The translations under genes and the position numbers were made by a program. Shown here one piece after another: positions 38,499-51,800 of a stretch of DNA of 64,000 bases. The DNA lies in NCBI GenBank assembly GCA_043228905.1, contig JBHGNT010000012.1, positions 17,670,001 through 17,734,000 of the forward strand, written 5' to 3'. The notes under the pieces are model-generated. The model worked only from the letters and a program-made list of their open reading frames with translations, made no database searches and had not been told where the DNA came from. The number at the start of each line of letters is the position of its first letter. The first letter of the stretch is position 1. This DNA is from Azolla caroliniana. Taxonomy: Eukaryota; Plantae; Polypodiophyta.

Positions 38499-39589
38499 AT
38501 TTCTGTGTCGTTTCGCTCTGATACCAATTATTGAGAACTCAATGCTCCTTATGCACAACGCTCGGCCACGACCGAGCTTAGGATCATACATAGAAAACGG
38601 GAAACAAATGCACGCGACACAAAAGGAGAGAAAAGGTACACAGGATGTTTACGTGGAAAACCCCAAACTAGGGGGAAAAACCACGGCAGCCCACAGGCTG
38701 CAAACTGTCATTATGTAAGTATGTACAACCGTGAGTTCACTGAGGCACCGACCTCATGCTCACGGATCTTCGCCACAGGCGGCGGTTACAACAGAGGCAG
38801 CGACCTCTTTCTCTCTCTCTCTCTCTCCCTGTACAGTTACGCACACTAATCTCATGCAAAACAGAAATGACAACAACTGTGACATATATTTGCCCTAAGT
38901 CATATTTATACTAATATGACTTTTCGGCTATTTACAAATATAGCCTCGATGGGCTCTCAGAAACATATTTACGAATATGTCTCTTCCTCCGGTTCTCACC
39001 GGGTCTGCACCATCCAGCTCTCCGTAGCCGGGTACTCCTTATCCGGTTCTCACCGGGCCTGCACCATCCGGCTCTCCGTAGCCAGGTACTCCTCTTCCGA
39101 TTTCGGCCTCGGCCGAGATTGTTCGTCGGCACTGTTCTTCTCCCTTCCCATCCGGAGGGACCTGTCTCCCAACAGAAGCGTATTGGCTTGTACCTTATCA
39201 AACACATCGGCATAATGACGATACTTCTCTGGAAGTTGAACTGTGGATTCCTCTTTAGTAGTGTTGGAAGGTTTTATTGATACTGCGAAGACAAACATTA
39301 CTTCCTTGCATCCTTCCTCATGCAATTGGTGTAGCGAAATGGTTGCAATCTTATGAGTAGATCCTCGGGTTTGTCGATACCAGATTTCTCTTGTTCTCCA
39401 ATCTATGTCTAGGTTATGTAATTCGAACCACGGTAACCCTAAGACAATTGGATGATCTGGACTACTAATTATATTAAGAGTGCTAAGACATGTACTGGAG
39501 GAGTCGACAATGCCACATGACATCATTAGAGCAAAGTTCACTTTACCTCGGATGCTAATAGAAGCACCATTTCAACATATAGTTTTTAT

Positions 39590-40140
39590 TAAATGGATAC
39601 ATAGCCGATGACAAGATACGATATCTCATCAAGCTTTCAAGGCATCGCGATCACTCTATAAGTCCGAGATACTAGTTCTTGGTATAGCATTGTGGTAAGT
39701 TGGCTTTTTGCAAATGGCCTAAACATTAATAACCTACCTCCTCTTAAGTACAACCACGAGACCAAGAAAACTTTAATCTCTCATGAGGACTATAATAAAG
39801 TAGTATTCCAAGACATGTGGAAAATTTACACTCAACATAAATGGAACAACCCACTACTCTAGCCACTCCCACCTTAAATCTTGTACTATAAGGAACACTT
39901 CATGCACTTCTCTAAGTTAGGTTTTATTATACGACCAAAATATCTAGATACATTCTTACTAAATGCATTAAGGATTGCCATTGGACAACTTAGAGTATCA
40001 TCTCACCAACTTAAGGTTGAGAATGGTCGTGCTAATGGAGTCTCTAGAGTGGAAAGGATATGTAGATTATGTCACATAGTGATAAAGTATGACTATCACT
40101 TTACATAAAAATGTCCAACTTATGTAGAGATAAGGGCAAA
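39590..40140 (+). mobile_element. 3' remnant of a non-L1 LINE (RTEX/CR1/L2-like C-terminal zinc motif)
   Basis: RIAIGQLRVSSHQLKVENGRANGVSRVERICRLC....YDYHFT*KCPTYVEIR matches the LRxSSHxLxxExGR..RxCxxC..E..HF..C..Y..R tail. Confidence 0.7.
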
Positions 40141-41446
40141 ATAATTGCAAATAGTACATAGAGAGGGGCAAAATTCTCCCTCGCGAAAGCAAAAAACCAA
40201 ATTTGGTCTTTGAAAACATTAATATTTCTTTCTTTCTTTCTTTCAACTGAATAGGGTTATTTCTACAAATTTTACATCCACCTTTTCTCTCTTCTATGTC
40301 ACTTCCGTGTAGCTCGCGGAACACTATCCATAAATCCATGGAGTTATGTCTCCCATCGATGTCTTTAACCTTGAGTCTAGACCGACGTATGCCCTTTTGA
40401 TGGGAATCAAGCGAAGGTGGTTGTCGAGCACCTTCGAGCTACTATATCTAATTTGGTATTCACTTATTAGTACTTAATCTCTCTCCCTTGCTTTTCTCTC
40501 TCTTACAAAAAGAAGATCTACTATTGTTAACACCACTTCTTAATGTAAAGAGGTTTAGCACCATACAAGAGGAGGAGATTAGGATTCGTCTTACTTAGCT
40601 CTTAATCCTAATCTCTCTTAACTCTAATGAAGGATTAAGGAGATAGAAGAGATACTCTTAGTATACTAAAAAAAAAGGAGAATCCCTAAGAATCAAGAAG
40701 AGTTTTCAAAGTAACCAAAAGGTAGCTTTTATAACTTTTTACACTTAGGCAAGTGTCTCCCTTTCATACTAGGTTGTCCATTGCCCAACATTGTTTCCTC
40801 TTTGGTTTGTTCTATCCCCTTTTTTCCTAAGGTTGGTTGAGCTCAGTGCCTCTTGTTGGTGCCACAATCTCCACAATAGGTGTGCTAAGTGTTGGATACT
40901 TAACATCTTTTACAATCATAAAGAAAAATGCATCGAAAATGTTCTTGTGAGATTCAACATGGGTAAGTGCAAGGCAATCAATACTCTACTTGCAAGTTAC
41001 TTTATTTAACTCAATTCCAAATAGTGTCCCACAAGTGAGAAAGAGAAAGAAGAAATGAAATAGGTACCATATACTTCCATGTTAGCAATTTGATATATGG
41101 TATGATATGCATAAGGTCTGACATTGCTCGTGCAACTCATGTGGTCAATCGATTTCCCTCTAAATTCTAATCATTAGGAAGCAATGAAATGGATGATGCA
41201 ACATCTAAGAAGCACTTCTAGATTTTGTCTGAAATTTGGTGATAACTAAACCATATAAGATGGCTACACATATGCAAACATGACAAGTGACATTACCTCT
41301 GGGAAGTACACAATTAGGTATTTGATTATCTTCGCAAGGGGAGTTGTCTCTTGGAAGTGGATGTTTGGAATCAAATGGAGAGGAAGCGGAAAGCGGAGGC
41401 AACAAGGTCATGAACATCTTGGTCTAGTAGGAGGAAAGTGCAAGTT

Positions 41447-41493
<47 letters not shown>

Positions 41494-41879
41494 ACTAATC
41501 CTCTAATTGGAGAGGACACACCTCACCCCTTTATATAGGGAATGAGAAGGATAATGTAAAAGTGTGAAAGTGACAAAGGTGTATGTAGGGTACATTATCC
41601 ATAACCACCCCATTCCCTTGTAATGGGCAGTACAAAAAGTAGGAGAAATGTACAACAATAGTCAGAATATACAAAGAGGACAAAAACCTCCCATAAGTCA
41701 CATATGAAATCCAAAAGTGGGAGGTGGCCTAAGAGCTCGTAATGTTAGGTTGAGTCGTTGAAGGCCCATTTGTGGACGAATAAGTTGAAAGTGGTAGGGT
41801 GGGTGGCAAGCTCTTGGTAAGAGAATTTGAATTTTGCACATTATCCTCGATGTGGACTTTGTTGATGCTTATTGTATTT

Positions 41880-42290
41880 GAAGTCAAGGGTTTGCAAAAG
41901 AAGTGGTATCATACTTCAATGTGCTTTGAGTTCGCAATCTATTGTAATTTGTTAACCAAAGCTCCTTCGGGGATTGTATATTAAGAGTTTTATTGAGGGA
42001 GAGATTGATGAGATCTCCACTATAAGCAATGCTTCTCCCCAAAAGTTTTGTCAAACTTGTAGGTTGGAGCATGGATGTTATCCTCTATTGGAGTGTTATG
42101 CTCATTTGCTCCACAACACCATTGTCTTTAGGGGTGTACGGGGTAGTGAGCTCCCATCGGATACCCTTTTCATTGCAAAATTTGTTGACTCAATGTATTG
42201 TGTGAATTTGGTTCCATTATACGACTTGAGGCACTTCAACTTCCAACTGCTTGGTCTTATTGTCACAATAAATGTGTAAGTCACTTTATA
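41880..42290 (-). mobile_element. Highly degraded Copia integrase fragment
   Basis: KLKCLKSYNGTKFT..., FCNEKGIRWELTTPYTPKDNGVVEQ, INLSLNKTLNIQSPKELW. Confidence 0.7.
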
Positions 42291-43059
42291 GTAGTGGGAA
42301 TATTCCTTTTTGGTTAACTAACGTGCCATTTAATATTACCTAGATACAAGCTAGTTCTAAATAGTATTGTCTTACAAAATGGTACATACTTCAAGACCAA
42401 GTACATCATCTTAACTTGCCAGCAAAGAATATTCTTCTAATCAACATGACTAGTGAATGTCATTGCCAACCAAGAGCTTCCCTCTTAAATTCATTATGCT
42501 TGACTCATCGAGAAGTATCCACATTGACACCTTATCAATGCATATGGTCATGTTGCACAATAACTACTCCTAATTTGGGATGCTATCTCAAAATGTACAC
42601 TCCAAGAATACATATGGGGATAAATTACGAGTTGGGGGGTGATTATGAAAAAGTCAAAGTCAAAGTTTAAGCAAGAGTAAGGCAAGAAGAAAGAGCGGGA
42701 AATTTTGAAACTGTGAAATATCACCTATAGTAAGCAGTAGTACACAATTGTGTTAGGCTAGTTAAGCTATTAGTTTACTATCAAAACACCCAAATGGAAG
42801 AAAAACAAAAGAGGCACTATGAGATTAAGAAAGGGGGAAACACAAAACTTCAAAAGATCAACTCAAGGACACACCCACAAAAGAGAAAGTTGAGAACCAA
42901 AGTAGGTGTGGGTGAAAAGTGCAAGTGTGGAAGAGAGAAATAGAGAAAGCACACGCAATGTAAAGTTGTAATCTTCTATTTTTGAAGAGTATATAGAGAA
43001 TGAGAAGGACAATGTACAAGTCTGAAAGGGGACAAAGGCATATGTTCGGCACATTACCC

Positions 43060-43780
43060 TTCGACCGTCAAAACTTTTAAAATGTGTGGCATTATCCAAA
43101 ATAGAAAGAGAGTACATTGCTTCTCCAAAAGCTTACAAAGAGATGTTGTGGTTGAAGAAGTTTCTACACGAGTTGGGCTTAATGGGTGAAAGTATAGTCT
43201 CCACTGTGATAGACAAAGTATTATACATTTTTGCAAGAACTCTGCTTTCCATTCCAAGCCTAAACACATTGATCTGAGATACCATTAGATTGAGAATGTG
43301 CCTAAAGAATTAATATACATGCAAATTGAGAAGGTTCTAACATGATGAAAAGTGTTCACCACGAAAGAAGATAGAAGTTTGTAGACAAAAAGAAATTTCA
43401 AATGTATGGGGATATTTGTGGGGCTTTTTCTCGTAAGGGGACCCCACAACTTTAAAATAAAAAGAATGAGGAGGTTATTTTTGCAATTTCTACAATCACC
43501 TTGTTTCTCTTCTTTATCAATCATTACTGAGAGAAGTTAGCATGATGGGGTAGAAATATGTGTGTGTATATATATATATATATATTATTTGGAGAGAGAG
43601 GGGGGGGAAGGAAGAATCAAGCTCATCAATCTCAACTCATATCCTTGTTCAATGGAGTTTACACTGAAACCCTAGTTTCTATCCCTGTCCAAAGTATCTC
43701 AAGATCCTTCTTGTTGATCGATCTCTCATGTTGCTTAAATTCATATGTAAATATTCCTATATTCATTTCATTGTACTACA
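43060..43780 (+). mobile_element. Degraded Copia RNase H end plus probable 3' LTR
   Basis: SKLLKCVALSKIEREYIA..EMLWLKKFLHELG..LHCDRQS..FHSKPKHIDLRYH, then a purine run GGGGATATT and TGTGGG at ~43417. LTR end is uncertain. Confidence 0.6.
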
Positions 43781-43791
43781 CAGTTGTAAGT

Positions 43792-43822
<31 letters not shown>

Positions 43823-45866
43823 GGAAGAAGAAAACCATCTTCAAACTCAATGGAAGAATAGTGAGATCGAGTGTTGTTTGTGATTTACATTTCGGGGAGA
43901 CATTCACATAAAAGTGCTCTAGTGGTAACCCATTTCTCCCATTTAATTCCAAGTTTAATGCAAACTTGATGATTGTGTGATTCAACCTTGGCAATGATGT
44001 AAAATCTATGTTGATATTGTCTTTGGTACCCAAGAGGTGTCCTCTTTTGTTATGGTTTAGTACTCTTTAAACATAGACATAAACATTATGTATCCCTAAA
44101 TCATGGGCAATTCGTTCAACTAGTACGACGTTAACTTTACCACGTGACACGTCATATCATCTATTATGAGATTTCAAGTGTGTTGATCACACAAAAACAA
44201 CATTCAATAACATAATTGCACATTATCACTTCATATCTTCTACAATGACATTGCAAAAACAAAATGTGTTTTGATCATACAACAAAACAATGCTCATAAG
44301 AACATAAGAACTGAAGGAAAATACGACAAGACAAAATGATCAATCATGGCACTCGAACATGATGAAATGGTTCAACAACAATGGCCTCAACGTCAAAAGC
44401 TTGCCATCCTTTTGATAACTTCAACCTCTTCAAAATTTTGAATAGGATAAGGTATTGTGGCAAGGTTCTCTAGTGATTCTATACCTAAAAAACTTGGATC
44501 ACACAAAGCATAACTCTTCTCAAAGTATGGATTGATACAAAGACCAATATATAAAGATGTCTACACCCAATGGTGCTCACAAACCAACAGGCCAAATTAG
44601 AGCACTTTGCATAACTAGGGCCAACAACTCAAAGTTATTTGAAGATGAATGAGATCAAGAGCATGGACCACTTTTTATGCAAATCCCAAGCTTACAAGCA
44701 TAGATGAAACAATGAAGAAAGTTACCTACTTCACTTTGCAAGGTATGTAGGGTTGTTCTTGATACATTGGATGGAATAGGCTCCGACAAACACCATGTTC
44801 CCCCATCACCACTCATCCCATATATCATCAGACTACCACTTCATGCTTGCAAAAACATCTTGAGAATCACTACCAATTATGAAGCCACAACATGAATCCA
44901 TACAAAATCTTGAGCTTTTATTTTTATTTTTCTGTGGCATCTTAATTGTAACTACTTAAAAAGTGGATTCTTATTATGAAGAGCTCATACATGTATGTAT
45001 TTCCATTGATCACAAGTGCTCAAACATGAAATTGGCTAGCCGCTAGACATAAAATATAAATTCTAAGATGCATAACCTTTCATTGCATTGTACCTATTGG
45101 AAGGTCATCACTTTATCTATATTTAAATGATTTAACATATTAGATTAATACTGGACCACTTATTACTCACAATTAATCATCAAACCAAAAACAGAGAAGA
45201 TGTTGTCTCAACCTCATATTCCCTTGTACAAATCAATGTAACAAGCCATCAAGCTATTCAAAGCGAAGTTACAAAGACAAAATTACTTGATTTCTACTAT
45301 TGTGATTCTATATCATAAAAGACAATGTTTTATGCCAAATGCTGGACAGTTCCAACCAACTTGTCATATCAGCGTAGATGGTTATCCACACAAGGACATG
45401 AGGATAGATAACTGTGGAACAATGAAAAACACACAGAAGAAAAGGTTTCTCATCCCAGCTTGGCATTGCAATGAAAGACAATCACCAGAATCAGTTCATA
45501 AAAACACAAGCAACATTGATGAGAAATAAGAATTACATTTGACGGTCAATCTACAGAGTATAAATTACACGAGGTCCCATTGAACGGGACTCTCTTAAGA
45601 GAAATGACCCCTTGCAACCTTCAAGGGAAACCACCACATATAGCACATTGTCATAATTACAAACAGCTTCCTTGTGAAAGCTACATTTCCCCAAAAATGA
45701 CGGTAAAATATTACAGGACACAAACGGATGATGCTCTATCATTCTACAGACGATGGTGAGACTCTCTCGAAAGGGTAGATGATTATCCACAGCAGCATTC
45801 AAAAATATCACTGCCAATGATATTTATATATATTGATCTATATATTTGATTTCACATGTATCTGCT

Positions 45867-48800
45867 TCACTCTGAACTGGTCTGCAAAAACTGGAAAGCA
45901 AGATTTTCCCGGAGCAATGGAGGAGGCTCAATCTCAGATAGGTCCACATCAGTCATTGATTTTGAGATATCTTCAACTGAGAATGGGATGCTGTTGAAGC
46001 CAAAAAGACAAAATTACTAATGGCATTATTCAATTTAGGTTACTCGCAAAGCATAATACAAGGGTCCTACCTGGAATCGTCATCAAGTAAAAATGAGTTA
46101 TTTAGACTGTTTGATTCATCTGTCATGACCTTTCTCATACTAGCTATAACCTGCAATACAAACATTCCTGTTTTCTCAGATATTCTAGTGTAAAATCAAA
46201 TGTTTACTGTAAGTCATCAAATGTACCTCTGGTGAAACACTATGAGTTCCATATTTATCATCCCAGTACATGGTACTAATACGATACAATTGCTGGACAC
46301 TCAACACCTAGAAGAAATGCTGGTAAAATTCGGTATTCTCATAGAAAACTATTTAAAAAGTAAAGACAATTATCCATCTCATTTGAAACGTACCGGACAT
46401 AAATCGTGCATTATCTCCTCCAAAGACTTCTTAGTTTTCTGATGGATTACCTGAACAAAAGTTTTCAAATTCAGACATGAAATACTCATCTATTTGTATT
46501 CAATATAATCCTTATAGGACAAGTACCAGAAATCCAACAGCCTGCCTGATGTAACTGAGCTGATTCCAAGACTTCCCAACATACTGTTAAAATTTTCCAC
46601 AAATATTTAAAACTATCATCGAGTAGAAATTCGTTTGAAAGCATAAGCTATGTTCTTTTTGTAGTGTGAGTAAATCACCTTTTCAGATGCTTCGGATATC
46701 CACCGGTCTAGTTCTGCAAGGCCAGCTTTCACATACTCTCCATTACTAAATGAGCAACATTCTCGCCTCAATAACAGACTGTAAAATAGACAACTTGAAA
46801 TTAATAAAATATAATCATGTCCAACACCAAATTCACATTCTACATATTTGCATTCAGCTCACCTATTAAATAGCTGAACATTAATAAATGAGAATATCTG
46901 AGTAAAGATCTTGCAAATCAAAAATGAAGGCACCTGAAGAAAGAAAATAACAGTTAGTACACGACGTAGTTTATCATGCATCATTACATATAGCAAAGTA
47001 AAAAGATAGTACATAATTAGCACGAAGAATTTTGAGAAGCCCATCTAAGCTGGTGATAATACTGTGCCAATGACTGCTCAAAAGATGCTGGGTCGATGAA
47101 ACTGAGCTAGGTGATCGAGACTGCCCTTTAACCATCCCAACCCGAGAAGACCTTGGTGCCTATGAAGAAAAACACATTCAGCCCGAACTTATCTACACAT
47201 ATGTTGCAATTTCAAAATCAATCAGTGTGATGAGAGATAAAGCATCTACCTGAATACACGCTGCAAGTAATGGTGATATCTCTTTCTTCAAATTGTCTCG
47301 AAGCATTCCATAAAGCTTCTCCACAGATGCGGTGAGTTGCTGCTTGAAAAGCAAAGCTGGGTACTTTGCCTCAACCTGCCTTAAAATGTCCAAGCCTCCA
47401 AGCCCACCATTTAGTGAAACACCACTTAAACCTGATGGTGACCGAAAGCTCTGGATTAAGTGGACATCAAAACTTTGTCAACAAATCTGTCAGCTAGGTT
47501 ACCATTATGTAAGCACAATAATGCCTTACCTGTGTCATTCTAGTCAATAATGTAGCTGATGGTGGAATTCGACGTTGTGGTGTGCTTGGAGCACCACTTG
47601 GTTTCAGGTTACGCTGGAGAAGAAAGAGAAGTGTAGATGTGTTTGACAACCAATATGCCAAAACATGATTGCTCTCTTGGCCCTCCACAACAGTCCCAAT
47701 TGTCTCAATTACACGTTCAAATATGTTTGTCCTTTCAGATTCAAATGCTCTCCAATGAAGCAAGCATTTATAAATAATACAAGCGGCCAAAGGTTTATCA
47801 TGGCTGAATCCTATATCTTGTGTAACACATCTCAAAAGAGCCTCTTGATTCTCCTATAAGTAGAGGCAATCGGCAAAAACAAGGATTAGTCTTCGATACA
47901 TATGGAAATAGAATTTCCTTTTTGTAGCATGTTCAACTACAAACCTGTTGCCTATCTTGCAGCATTTTCTGCCGCTTCTGTTCAGATTGAGCCACAACCT
48001 GAGAATGTACAGGAGAACTCTGAAGAAAAAGAAATTAATGCTTGTGAGAAAATCATACATGGTTCATATCTGTCTATTTTAATAAACTCAAATCAATCTT
48101 GCCTGCATTGGGCTTGTATTCCAAACTTTATATTCTCCATTTGTGAGCCGATAGATCTCAGGAGTTCTCTGCATTTTGCAACAGCACAAATAATGCTTTA
48201 TAACAGATTGGGCGGAAAACTGAAAAAAAAAGGCAAATCCTCACTTGTTGCATAATATGCTTTGCTCTATCTGTCAGTGCAGCTGGTGGCGGTGACATGG
48301 ACAGAGATTGTGTTCGAAGAACTTGATTTTCACGAAGAACTTGATTTTCAGACTCTAAAGTTGACATTTTCTCTTCCAACCTTTATTGTACAGTTATATA
48401 AGTTTTACAGACTAATCACTCCAAAAGAATAATGAGCGTAGTACTGAAAAATCTAGGTTCCAGTTGAGACCCACCTTAGAAGTGTTTCTTGTACTTTATC
48501 CATCCTTGTCTCAGCTTCTAGGGCTTTCTGAAGTCTTTCTTCACTTTCTTTTCTTGAGTTGATCAACTCAGTTTCAGATTCAAATGCTTTTCTTTCTGCA
48601 TTTGCAACTAATTTCTGCATGTTCCTCCAAATAAGCAATTGAAAAGAATGTGGGTTGAAATTTATCTAACAAACAAGTTGGAATACATGCATACCATCAA
48701 ATGCTCATTATCTTTCATAAGCTTCTGATTTTTTGATTCACTGGCTTCCAATGTTGGCCGCACTTTCACCAAATTAGATAACTGTAAGGATAGCATTTTG

Positions 48801-51800
48801 TTGGTCTCCTTTTCTTTCAGAATATATGCCTCCAAAGTTTCTATCCTCTGCTGCATTTCAGAAAGACAAGCTTGCAATCTCCCAAGCTCTTGTGCTTTTG
48901 CTTCCTCCGTGTCAACCTAGACACAAGATTATGATTAGCCAAATATGTACAGAATACATCCATGATTATGTGAAAAGTCTAACATTGAATATGCATACTA
49001 ATGAGCATTAACAGCCAAATCAATTCCTGGAAAACCCTGGTAACGTGTTCAAAATTGATTCTCTACTAGTCATACGCATATGCAACAAGAAAAAATGAAA
49101 TGCCTGAAAAACATAAAAAATTCAAGATGGTCTACCCGCAAACGTTTTTCCAGTTGTAAGCGCCATGTCAGCTCTTCGCATCTTTTCTCCAGCTTAGACT
49201 TAGCTTCTTGTAAAACACCTGTTTCTCTTGCAGCCTACAAATACCATAAGTAAATAAACACTGTTACATCAGTTTGATCAGAATCACAGAGACTTTTGTC
49301 ATATAAGAATCTAGATGGAAAAAAACAAACCAAAACCCAGTATGCCTTTTATGCCTTTTATGTGGAGATCATGTTCTCGTAAGGAGCATTGTCACATGAA
49401 GGATACCCAGAGAAAAAGTAATGCATGAGAACAGAATATTCATTGAAAATCACCAAGCCTTTTGGCATATAAGAATTTAGATGAAAAGAAACAAACCAAA
49501 ACCCACTATGACATTATCTAGAGATCATGTCCGCGTAAGGAACAGTGTCACACAAAGGATAAGCAGAGAAAAAGTAATGTATGAGAACAGTATACTCATG
49601 GAAAATGAAATCATTAAAAGCAAACCGTTATGAGGTTTTCAAACATAATTTTCTTACATATGTGCATCGCTAGAATCGCTTATGAAAATTTACACACTTA
49701 CAATTCTTAACCTCCGCAACTCCTTCCTTGCTTCCCTGGATCGCCAAGCGCACTGGAAAGAAATGGCTGCCTTCTTTAAGCGTACATAATATTTACGACA
49801 CAGCCTGCCTTTCCATCTTGCCTGCAATATCATACCATTGCATAACATTACAGAACAGAAAATTATGGTTCAACAATTCACAAATTCATGGCCCTCACAA
49901 AACCTTGTAATTATACATAATATGGAAAAAAATACCAAGCTAAACAAAACTAAATATATAAGAATGCCAAAAGTATATCATCTCATCCATTTATCCAAGC
50001 CCAATATGGATACATAATGATGTTAAATTTTCATAAAATCCAAAGAAATTAAATGCAATCAATATATAAGATAGCAGAATTCAGTTACAATCTCATATGC
50101 TGGCAATTACATCTCTATGAAGTGTTTAGTACATAATTTTAGATTCACCTGAATCTGAATTGCAGCATCTTTCTTCTCACTGCGCCTCTTAGCTTGCCTA
50201 AAGAAGAAAAGACGAATACATGATTGGACAAGAATCACAGCTCTTCGTATTCTCTTGAATGAGTTTTGTAACTGCCACATTCTAACATTTTTCTGGATAA
50301 TAATAGCAGCAGCTTCTCTACGCCTAATTTCATATAGCAGACGCCCAAGACGACCTGGGATTGAAGAGAAATCTTATGATCACTTCACAGATTTGTTAAT
50401 TGACTGAATATAAAAATTAGCTTGGGATCTTTAATGTTGAATACCTCGCCAATGGGCCTGGATCCTCACAGCAGCTTCCCGCATAGCTAAGAAGCGCTTT
50501 CGTGCAACATACGTACGAACTTTCCGCTGAATGGTTTTTGCTGCAGCATATAAAACTTCAGTTCTTCTAGAGTCCAATTCTGCCATCTGACCAGCTCTCA
50601 GGAATACCTTTGTGATTCCCAGCTGAAGCAGTATCATAAACAATGTTATGCCTACATCAACCCAATAACACTAAGCAACTGATTGTTTATGCTAGAATAC
50701 TTAATACCTGATAATTGCTTAAATTCATCCTTCTCAATAATTGATCAGTTGCTGTTCTTTCATCATAGCTGAAAAGATATCAGTCCCTCACTGAGTTTCC
50801 AGAATCCAAGGCCACAGCCTCAAGAGTAGAAAACATATAACTTGACTTACTTTCCCTCCAGTAAATCTGGAGCCAAAAGTCCAAACCGATCAAGGAATTC
50901 ATCATATGTTCTACGTGTTGGATATCCAGCACAACTAATCCTTATAGCCTCAAGCACTCCCTGGAAAATGTGCGTGCAAAAATTTTATGTCACTTTCCTA
51001 AAGACTTCTTGCAGTAGAGCAGGCAAACTAAAGTCAAACTTACTCCACAGCGAAGCTGATGTAGGACACTATGATTTTCAAATCGTCCAGGTTTATTATC
51101 ATGGTTTGGTTTCACACATCGGATATAATGTGGTTCAGTTGTGCTCAACGTCTCCATGAGTGATTGTAATTGTTGCTGGTATTGCAATCACAGAAAAAGA
51201 CAAACATTTGATATAGCTCAATAATTTAATTGTGCAATTTAATAAACAGTGGATGTGCGTATACAGAAAAATATTCTTACAAACAGATTAAGATATTTGG
51301 ACAGAACATTACAAGCCCATTTTCATGAGTGGATTATCAAACAACAATTCGTGACCCTCAGATACTCTACATACCTTGAACCGTGTGGCTATAGAAGAGA
51401 ACTTATAGGAGGATTTGGAAGTGTCTTCTGTCAATGGTGGAAATAAACCAGAGATAAAATGACTTTTTGATGACATCAACAACGCTTGATGTTCAACAAC
51501 CACATAGTCCCTATTTTTATCCAGAAACAAGTCAGTTTGGTACGTAACCTGCAAACAAGTTCCATACATAAGATTATCTGAGCAAAATTAGATAGCCAAC
51601 GAAAAACATTGGCATAAATAGTTTCACATCATTTGTGATTCACATACATCACCAGCATAATGCAATATTGTAAAGTCCGTTGTTGAAAGCCTAGGCTTTT
51701 TGAAGCGTGAATTATTTCCAAAATTCTGAAACAGCTTTGTAGAAAATGTCTCCTTGGTTGATTTGGGGAACATACTGGAAAAACGTTCAAAGGGATTTTG

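Larger units (their letters stand above)
33821..39174 (-). mobile_element. Ty1/Copia LTR retrotransposon I (related to A), inserted in C
   Basis: LTRs 33821-34736 and 38529-39174, perfect TSD GAAGC, PBS GCTCTGATACCA at 38515-38526, PPT AACTCCCCCTTCACTC at 34737-34752. Confidence 0.96.
10987..39580 (-). mobile_element. Ty3/Gypsy chromovirus C (Tcn1-like), in three pieces: 10987-13654, 33160-33820, 39175-~39580
   Basis: LTR ~10987-11388 (starts TGTCAGG). Chromodomain EVAAILDSKIVHNKLYYLVDWLGYSPSERTWE at ~11430-11595, integrase 11935-12606, RNase H EINYEIHDKELLAIVDSF, RT split at ..QVEF|[13 protein letters not shown] with YLDD at ~33300, protease remnant IVLGLPWF. Pieces rejoin across TSDs ATAAC and GAAGC; gag and 5' LTR are missing. 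The clade assignment is inference. Confidence 0.88.

Noticed and set aside
40140-41800. Additional LTR-like decayed sequence
   Set aside because: The composition is suggestive, but no paired termini, TSD, PBS or coding motif could be established.
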